Source: Chromera velia
Lineage: Eukaryota
DNA length: 54,043 nt
Direction of reading: 5' to 3'
Assembly (NCBI GenBank): GCA_018398765.1
Contig: JAHBMJ010000230.1
Span: forward strand, 1 to 54,043
Shown here: positions 33,896 through 43,241 of the stretch, piece after piece
Layout: each line of letters begins with the position of its first letter
Position numbering within the stretch: the stretch's first letter is position 1
The notes under the pieces: model-generated
What the model saw: the letters and a program-made list of their open reading frames with translations, nothing else
Told to the model about the DNA's origin: nothing
The model's database searches: none
Translations under genes and position numbers: made by a program

Positions 33896-35252
33896 GGAGA
33901 GACCAACCGTCAGCCAGGCCAGACCCAGAGGAGCCATCGATGGAGACGACTCACTCTTGGCCGATGACTCCTTCTTCTGAGAGGTCCGCGTTGGTAGAGA
34001 AGTATTCCCCCCCCCACTCATCTTCCATCAGAAGCCGTATGTAGTCTGCAGGATTGACTGTGAATGCAGTAAAATATTTCCCCCTTCCCTCCTTGTCTTT
34101 CTCCTTCAATTTTTTTCCCACCTCCCCAACCAACTTGGAGCACGGTCGGAAGAACCCCTGCTCACGAAGCTTCTTTTGCAAGTCACACAGGGGCCCAAAC
34201 ATATCCTTGGGGTCTGGGACACCCTCGAACCCCAGAAACCTTCTCAGCCTCCCCAACTTTGTCCGGGTGAGGCCATTGCGCAGACAATAGTCGAGCCAAT
34301 CGGCTAGAGTTCTCTTCCATTTCTTGTGGAGCGAGAAATTCAGACTCTTTGCCTGCTTGCTCTTGATCTTGCACATCTTGTTCAACCCCCTCACTCTTTT
34401 AAGTCTCTTTTTGATGTGAAGGGGCATGTCTGCTCTGTTTTCCCTCTCTGTGTCTACAAAACGATACCCCCCCTGCTGTGTGTTCTCTGCAATCTTCTCG
34501 GCCAATTCCATTTCTTTGATGGGGGAGGCCTTGCACGCGATCGAAGCAAAGGCCGATGTGAGGCCTTCCGCACGCTCTTCTGCGGGCAGGCCTTTCAGCC
34601 CATACAGGTCATCTACTAGCCCAACCACTGCGGTCGTCTTGTCGGCCAATTTTTCTGCACCCTTCCCTGACCTCTCATAGTCTCGGGGGTCAAGGATGGG
34701 CGCTCCATGGAAGGACGGGGCGTCCTGACAACTGTTGAGCTTCTCAATCGTGTTGGCTCGATTTCGGCGGCCGTTCTCGTAGCTGCCGTTAGCAGCGTCG
34801 GGGTTCTCCTCGGGAATAGGAGGCAAGGGAGCTGCAGAAGAAAGCGCATCTGCGGCCTTTTTGTACTTATCATGAAGGGGCCAAGACGGGGCATCAGATG
34901 CAAATCGCTTCACAACGTGCCCCCAATACATCCCCGGCTGCTCACTCATCCGTCTCTTCCTTTTATACTGCTCTTGCTGGTAGGCATCTCGCTCCCGCTG
35001 TTGCTGTTCGGTCCACACTGCAGTGAAAGGCGGCATTTCTCTGTCCCTATAGGCCTTGATGGCCTCTAGCCCTGCTATGTGGCGGGGCCTTTCCAACGCA
35101 GGAGACGAACCGCACATGGTTGAGACAAGGTTGGTACGGTACTCTCCTAAGGGTACATGTCTGTCCTTCAGACCTTCTGCTTCTGCTCTTGTAGGTCTCC
35201 CTCCCACTCCTTTACACCCCTTCAAAGATTTGGGCGGTGGGAGCGGTGGCAT
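31904..35252 (-). pseudogene. RAG1-core/Transib-like DDE transposase, 4 exons (35252-33908, 33787-33567, 33465-33220, 33103-31904)
   Basis: First Asp: VVSIDGSSG (33936-33938). Second Asp and ZnC2: FYGTVDQSAELKGKGYAGVSCAASCGNC (D at 33442-33444). Then KG...PDVLHLAMRAAEF. ZnH2 and Glu: TLHRLEHAWYWMRTRGSYGRVFNMQAHEAFN (E at 32240-32242). Lesions are stops at 33951-33953, 33008-33010 and 32993-32995, plus an acceptor AG>AA change at 33466. Confidence 0.88.
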
Positions 35253-35333
35253 CGCGGCTTGCAACACGGCTCAGTCTGGAACTGAGCTCAAACAACAGTG
35301 AACAACACCTAAGAAATAAAAGTCTATACACAT

Positions 35334-35542
35334 TGCCAAAGAGGAAACTGCTAGTGCAGAGGCTATAGGTTGAGTCTGCAAATTCTGTTCCATAGAATTG
35401 ATGAGAGTGGGATGGGTGAGAAATTCCCTAACTTTCAGCTCTGGAGGCCACTTGGTTAGTTCAGTTGAGTTTTTGGCAGCGAAGCGCCGCCTACATATGG
35501 GCGAGGGGGAGCAAAAAGGAACCCTGCGGGCCCCGGCATGCG
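35334..35542 (-). repeat. Right inverted repeat
   Basis: It is the reverse complement of 29644-29841, with mostly transition mismatches and one ~10-nt indel. Confidence 0.92.
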
Positions 35543-36802
35543 TTCTTCTCCTCACCCCTAACTGGATAGATCTGCCTGGTCAATGGATGGATGGATGTTT
35601 TGTTTGTTTGTTTGTTTATGCATGTGCATGGTTGGACGCTGACGGGTGGGAGGGAGGGAGCATGCTGCGCGATGATCATGCAATGCATCACTTCATTCAG
35701 TGCATGTCGACGAGGCATGCAAATCACTTCATAAAAACAGTTATGGGGACTGCACCGGAGTTATTTAAGCACCGTGCCTAGGCACCGTGCAAAGCCACGG
35801 TGCCTTTGGTGGTAAACTTTGCTGCAAATGTACTGTAATCGTGTGCAAACATGCACGTTACACTCATAAATTTGTCATTCATATACCCTGCATGACGTAA
35901 CTTTTTTTTTAGCCTTTTAAAATTGTGTTTCAATTTTGACTCTCTGTCACTGCATGTCTATCAGTCAGATTCACAGTGATGGATGCAGACTGTGAACTAG
36001 ACTGTCAAACTACAGCTACTACCTACAGTCAGTGAGTGAACGACTCGATCAGTGGTATTAGTAGTATTCAAAGTTAGCACTGCTAGTCTCAGGCCAGTAA
36101 GTCATATATAATGATGATTGACAAAAATCAAGATTTCATCCATCATCATGATTATTATATATATACGCCATCGCCATCGGCTCATAGTCTAGCCTAGCGC
36201 TAGGCTTAGCGTCTAACGTTCGGTAAGTTAACACATAATTCTCAAATTGTATGTTCAAAGTCTTGCTTAGTACAAGTTTTAACAAGTTTTTCAAGTTATG
36301 TATGTTGTTTATGTGTGTAGATGTATAAACTTTTCTATAGAAACTTTTTAGCTAGGTAGTCTTCTAACTTCAAGGTAGAACTCAATCTAAAATTAATGAT
36401 GCTTCAACAAAAGAACTTATAACTAGACAGTCTAGACTCATAATTGAATTCTCATATGTGATTGAATCTAGACTTATCTAGACTAGTACTAAGACTACCC
36501 TTGCATGGGGCAACTATATACAGGTGTAACAAGAAATAAATTTATTCAAGAATCAAGATCTGATTCACCTGAAAACTATTTGTGAAAGCGTACAAAACAA
36601 GCAAAAGTAAACAAAAGTGTCTTGATCAAGTTTATGCTAACAACAACGCAATGAAACCTAGAATGAAACCAAAGACGGCTGAAAGCCGACACGTCGCAAC
36701 AAAGGAACCGCTTCAAATCGATCGGGGCACTACTACAGGCCCAGCTGCAAGCAATACTCTTTCTCAGCTCCGGCATGTTAGCGCTTATTTACAGTCAGGC
36801 GG

Positions 36803-39800
36803 CTACTGCTGCGGCATGGCAGAGAAGCTCTGGTCATGAGATAGAGGTGCATGTCCCGTCGCCCCCTCTCCGTTGTGAAGATGAGCGTTGTGTTGCACAT
36901 ACTCGGCACCTTGCTGCTGCTCCTGCTGGTACTGGAGATACTCCGCCCCTTCCTGTCCGGCTTCATAGCCGCCGTCCGTTTGAGAAATCTCTCCCTCACC
37001 CTCCTCCTCAATCACATCCTCCTCCTCAGCATATCCCTCCTCTCCCCCTCCCTCGCCCTCCTGCTGACCCCCACCCTCCTCGTACGTTCCTTCTGCCTCT
37101 GCCAAAGCCGATGCGTCGCCATCCCCAGCGGTCTTTCCAGCGATTTGCTCTCTGATTCTGATTGCCGTCGGGTGGTCTTTGGTGCGCACGTTGACGGAAG
37201 TCTGCGTATACATGCGCATGAGAGGAGTTTGCACACAAACACACAAACGATGTCGATCCACATATATATGCACATGAATCGGCAGGTTGCTCGCTCCTTT
37301 CCGTTCGAAGTGAAACACAAAGGTAGTGCAGGCAGCGAGAAGAAGGGAGGGATTCTGAACGAACGAACGAAACTTCAATGTGCACACCAGATGCAAATAG
37401 GAAAAATGGACAAAAAGGTACCTTGCGAATCTAAAAGAATGAGAAGATGCAAGGATGGCAGCAAATCATCCAAGACCAACAAAGCAGCAGGAAGAAGAGA
37501 CCTCTTTTTTCTTTCAAACACCCACTCACCCACCTGCATCTGGAGGAGCGTCTGCTCAACAATCGAGGCACGAGTCAGCGCCTGGCCGCTGTGCTGAGCT
37601 CTGATTTTCTGCAGATGGTATCATCATGCAGATCTTTGTGTCGGACAGGAAGAAAAGAAAACGAACGGTCACCAAAAAGTAGTAACACGTTTGTGCAAGG
37701 GAAGAAGAAGAGATGGACAGAACGGAGCTCCATTCTCTCATACTGCAAGCCAGGCACCCATGCTGGGAAGGAAAATGAAAGGCTTTCGAAAAAAAGAGCA
37801 ACAGAAAAAGGGAACAAATTCTCGTCCCTTTTCAGTTCCAAAAGCGTCTGACAGCTGATTAACCATGCCACCGCGTAGAGGTTTTTGGCATGCCACACAC
37901 ACGGCGACCTTCCGACCGAACTGTCTCCCGTCTCTCACTTCATGCATGCACCCTTCTTTCTACATGCACAGAAACCTAAACTCACACAACTTCCACCCGT
38001 CTTCCTTTTCCTACCGAAAGATGCCACCCAGGGACCCAAAACTTCATTGAATTGATTGACATGGAGCTGCTACCGAGAGGAGAGGCCGACGAGCCAGCCG
38101 CAATACCAGTACATGAATATCCATCCATGCATGCAGGCTGGCTAGACGTCGGAAGGAAAGCCGGCCAACCGGCGGACCATTCCATCGTTGAAGGGCATCA
38201 TGAAATTCCGTCCGTTGGTCACACACCACCTCTCTGCACCCGCGTTGTCTTGGGAGACGGTCAGCTGCAGTCAGGCAGACGGGGAGGGCCAAACGTTTTG
38301 CTTTGGAGGGAAGGATGGAGGGAAGGAAGGAAGGAAGGAAAGAAAGAAAGAAAGAAAGACAAGGGGGCGGAGTATAGAGACACAGACACACAGAGGGAAC
38401 CTCAGTCACTGATTGATCGATTGGTTGAGCTCTTGATTGATAGCCTGACTGCCTTCCTGATTGATCGACTGGTGACCCCCCCCCCCCGACCTGCAGTCCC
38501 AAGGCCTGTAGTACTTCTGTGATGACCACTCTCGTTTGGGGTGTCTTGAAACCGCCACTCGTGAGCACCTGCGCGGAGGAAAGGAGGGAGGAGAAAAGAA
38601 AGAAGGAAGAGAGGGTCGAAAAAACAGAAACCAGATTTGCACGCACCTACTGGGCGGGAACGTCTGAAGAGCTTTTCTAAGGAAGGAAGGAAGGGAGCGG
38701 CAGTAGAACACGCGGAGGGATCATAACCGCGAAACCACTAAAGCGCGGAATGAAAGGACACACATTGGCACTTGCAAGGAGCATAGAAGAAGGGAGAGGG
38801 GGGCAGAGAGTGGGAGCGAGAACGAAAGATGACGCCGATACGCACCATTTCCCCGTTAGTCTTGTGAATGGTGACAACGTCCGTGTTGTGCAGCCTCACT
38901 GCGAGTCGGCCTTCTCCATCCGTGTACACAACAGTTGAAAGAAACGCGACATCCTCCACAGGAAGCTTGGGGGCCCGCCCTCCTCCCCTGCCTCTAAACC
39001 CTCCTCCCCTACCCCTGAACCCGCCCCCTTCTCCTCCCCTCCCCCGTCCACGTCCGTTCATCGGTGGTCCCTGGTGGTACTGATGCGGGGGGGGCCCTCC
39101 TTGGAAATACCCTTGGTTGGGATGCCCCCCCATGGGGAGATGGTGCTGCTGGTACTGGTGCTGTGGAGGGAACTGCCCCCCGTGTTGGTTTTGTTGGAAG
39201 TGAGGGGGGTGGTGTGGACGTGCGCGTGTAAGTCGTGCTCCCCCCCCGAAGGAACCTCGGCCGTTGTGGTGATGGTGGCCTCCGTACTGAATTGCACAAG
39301 AGACAACAGACAGGAAATATAGGAGCGGGGCTGACAGATACATTGGTAAATTGCGAGAGAACCGCGCAATGAAGTGCAGTAAGTCGCATTTGCACGGATG
39401 CACAGGAGGAAGAGGGATTGGATGTCAGAGCAGAAAGGCAGGATGGAGGAGAGAGAAGAGTTAGGGGGAGAAGAAGTGAGAGAGAACACAGAGAAGATAC
39501 AGAGTGCAGCTACGAGAGCATCCGCGAAGTGGGGACAGCGACTGAAAGAAGGAACAGAGAGGGGGGGAAAAGGCAGAGGAAGGAAGAGAAGAAAAGGATT
39601 CGACCGTGAAGAGCACACCCACACCACCAGAGAGAGGGAGGGAGAGAAAGCTTACCGACTGGTGATGCCTCCCACCTCCACCTCCCCCTCTTCCCCTGGG
39701 TCCCCCCCTTCCCCCTCCTCCTCGGAATCCTCCTCCCCCATGTCCATGATGATTTGTGTGCTGATGTTTGTGGATGTTGTCTCCGTGGGTTTTGTTCGTT

Positions 39801-39883
39801 TTTCGCCCTCCGTGGTCCGCTTCTTTCTTCACAATGTCGTCAAGCGAGGTATTCAGCTTGGCCTCCAGGCTTTTATGTGACAT
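36803..39883 (-). CDS. ALYREF/Yra1-like RGG protein: N-terminal UAP56-binding motif, RGG boxes, a non-RRM globular domain and an acidic tail; ~6 exons
   Basis: Exons read MSHKSLEAKLNTSLDDIVKK; RGG tracts; LAVRLHNTDVVTIHKTNGEM|VLTSGGFKTPQTRVVITEVLQALGLQ|LTVSQDNAGAERWCVTNGRNFMMPFNDGM|KIRAQH...QMQ|TSVNVR...stop at 36803. The junctions in the globular domain are GT-AG and in frame. Confidence 0.75.
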
Positions 39884-40702
39884 TTTCTTTGCGTTTAGGG
39901 TTTCTCACCCTCTGCGTTAAGAGAAAAAAGGCAGCCAAGAAAAGGAGACGGAAAGAAGAAATCTACAAAGGGGCGTGCTTCTTGTGCGCAAACCTGACTA
40001 CTATTGGAGTCTCGCGACGGAGCTTCTTCCTGACAGAGTGAATTTGCAGTCAAGGGAATATCAAGCGGACTGATTAGACAAAGTGTCCATTGAGGGGCAC
40101 CACGTCGGAGTGAAAAAGATCGACGGAACTAGCTCGACAGCTGTTTCATTATTAATCATTTTCAGTCTGGGAGGATCGAACGAAAGACTACGGCCCCAAC
40201 TGGCATTTGCATGCAAACTGAAACTTTCATGCACATGGCCCCGAAAGGCAAGTTGAACGGGATGTGAAACGCACTTGGATCTTTGGCGAATCTTCATGAT
40301 CGATCGAATCCCCACCTCCCCTACACTCAATGATTCTCTGTGTTGATTGCATGCCTCTTTCAGCTTCTCAACCAAGCGAAAGAGGACTTTGCTGTTCTTT
40401 CCCTCAATTGCTACGGTCGACTAAGTTGCATTAGGAGAAGTGAGATTGGTTGGAGCTCGGGTGTCTGAGTCCTCCGAGTCGCGTCTCCTGCTGTCAAGAC
40501 TACAAAGTTTCTCAGTTTCTATTGGTGGGGCAGCTGTGGGCGGGGAAGCAGAAGTGGAACAGAAGGTTTTCTTGAAAGCACCACTAACTATTTGTTCGTT
40601 TCCTGCGGGAGGCTCTAGATCGGCTTTCCGGGAGAAGGTTGTCCGTTGCTTTAAAAAGTGCGCGTACGTGAATTTTTGTGAAGAACAGGACGGGAGGACA
40701 AG

Positions 40703-42751
40703 ATGGCAAGCGGAACGCAAAATTCCCTTCTTGACCAGATGGAGCCATCCGATGAGCAGATTGCAGCTGAGCAGGAAGATCCGGGGGGTCCTGAAAGTTA
40801 TCTGATGAGCGCGGGTGGCCCCAATGAGATGGACTTTGTTGGGTACCATGCTATGGTGAGTGTGCATGGGATGAAACAGAAGAAACCGGGAAGCATTTCA
40901 GTTCTCGCTGTTCGTGTTCTCTTTATTTGTGACACTGGGGGGTGCTGTGCCTTGGCACAGAACAGTAGAGAACAGAGTGTTGCTTATGCAATAGCTGAGA
41001 TTGCACTTCGCCTTCTCCTTTCTGACAAACGTAAATCTGGACAGTCCGGCGGGCAGTCTTCTCTTCTCTTCCCCCTTCGTGTCGCTGGCAAGGTTTCAAT
41101 TTGCATCATTCTCTCCCCATCCTTCACGCGCGATCCTGCTTTTCCCGAAAGTCTCTTCCTGTTGTTCTTCATTGACTCTTCAGCAAAACCACAGAACTAA
41201 GAAGACTGACTGTCTTCCGTCTGTGACCCTTATGACTCCTCGTGAGATTGCAGGCGGGAATGTCGGCTTTCCAAGGAAATCAAAAGTCAGGAAAAACAGG
41301 TACCATTCTCATCTCATGTCTCTGATGTTCTCCCAGCTCTTTTGTTCCTTTCTTCCAGTGTCCAAAAGCGTTGAGGTGCTAGCAAGAAGGGAAGAGAACT
41401 TAGGGTCTGGATGTGTGTGGCCCTCCTCCTCTCGTCACCATAGTGGAAAACCGTTTTGCCTGGAAGCAGACCGAATTTCCCAAACAAACAGAGTGCTATG
41501 ATCAGCAGCACGTTTCTCTCTGTCTTCTTGTCCTGCGGCAATCTCCATCCCCTTCTCTGCTCCCAATGTGGAGGCCTCTCAGCAGGGGGAAAAGAAGTAT
41601 GCATGAAGCCACAGGGGGAAGCAGGGCGGGAAAAGCATCCTTTCGGCCCAGCTTTTGTCTCTTTTGGCTTCCTCTCCCTCTCTTTGAAGTTGATAAATGA
41701 TGGACATGCTTCCCCCCCTTTTTTGCTTTCTGCAGACCCGTTCAACCTTCCTCCTCTTCATCTTCGGCATCTTCGGCCTCAGCTTCAGCGTCAGCCTCAG
41801 CGTCAGCAGCGCCACAGCAGCCCCAGGGTGTTGGTGATTCTGACGATTCAGACGATGAGGAGGATGGGGAGGGGGGCAGTGGAGTGGTCGTGAAGGTGGA
41901 GGAAGAAGAGGACGACCTTATGTTGCCAGGATTTGAGGCTGCAGCGGCACTCAACGCTGCCGCCTCCTCCAGTGACCCTCCTCCAGTGTGGGGGGGGTCC
42001 TCATCCTCTTCCGCTCAGAAGCAGCAGCAAAGTGGAAAAAAGAATCCCCCCAATGTCCCTTCCTCCTCACTGCTTTCAGAACTGAATATCCCAGAGGCTC
42101 TGAGGGCACATGATCTGTCTGCCATCCTGAGGGCGGATGAGGAGGTGAGTGGGTGACGGGGGATGCTTTGGAAGTTAACGGCAATGATGCACGCCGTGCA
42201 GAGATCACATGATAGAAACATACGCCGACTTTTGATGGAGAAAGAAGTCGGTTGATGACAGTGAGAAACACGTTGTTTGCATGAACTGGAGACAGTAAAC
42301 TCAAACAAGGCAAGGGCAAGTATGCCAGGGCATGACAGCTGTGCTTAGGAATTGTGCGGAGACATAGACGGGGGGAGCGAAAGAAGAAAGAGGAAGAAAC
42401 TGTACTTACTGTCAAGAAGAGTGCACGCACGCGTTGGTCCGAAAAAGGAACTCTAGGCTCAGCAGAGCTACCACTGTCACCTACAGACAAAAATCGTAGC
42501 AACCCAAAAGGAAAAGACCTTTTCTTCATTCACTCTCCTCTCCTTTCTTCTCCTCTCCTCTGCCTGCTGCAGATGGGAACTCTTCTGAATGTCATAGCCA
42601 GCTCTGAAATTGCAACCGTACAGGGACGGGAGGTGAGCTTGTTGTGTCCCTGTTGCTGCCTGTGTTGTCTTCCTTTCTTCCTTCCTTTCTTCCTTTCTTC
42701 CTTCCTTTCTTCCTTTCTTTCTTTCTTTCTTTCTCTCTTTCTTTCTTTCTC

Positions 42752-42786
<35 letters not shown>

Positions 42787-42815
42787 CTCTCTCTCTCTCT
42801 CTTTCGTTCTCTTTT

Positions 42816-42851
<36 letters not shown>

Positions 42852-43174
42852 TTCTTTCTTTCGTTCTTTCGTTCTTTCATTCTTTCTTTCTTTCTTTCTT
42901 TCTTTCTTTTCTTTCCTCCCTTCCTTCCTTCCTTCCTTCGTGCTTTGCTCCTCATTCAAATGTGCTCGCATTTCGCTCTTTCTCTCCCAACCTCTCAGTT
43001 TCTTGCTGCCTTTTATTTTCTCTTTTCTCCTCACTCTCTTCTTTCTCCTCCTCCTGGGCGCCCTTCGTGATTTGCCTACCAGCAGTCTGGGCGGTTTGGC
43101 TGGGAGACGTGGGGCTCGTACGACGCTTTCATTCATTCACTTCATCTCTTCTTGCTTGCACCTGCTCCGTTCAT

Positions 43175-43241
<67 letters not shown>

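Larger units (their letters stand above)
29644..35542. mobile_element. RAG1/Transib-like two-gene transposon with convergent genes and ~200-bp inverted repeats
   Basis: Inverted repeats at 29644-29841 and 35334-35542 enclose a + partner gene and a - RAG1-like transposase, separated by an AT-rich spacer. No TSD was identified, so the true ends may lie further out. Confidence 0.8.

Noticed and set aside
31904..35252. Stop-codon reassignment (alternative genetic code) as the cause of in-frame stops
   Set aside because: All three stop types occur, sister repeat units show the sense codon, a splice site is also hit, and the host genes have no internal stops.
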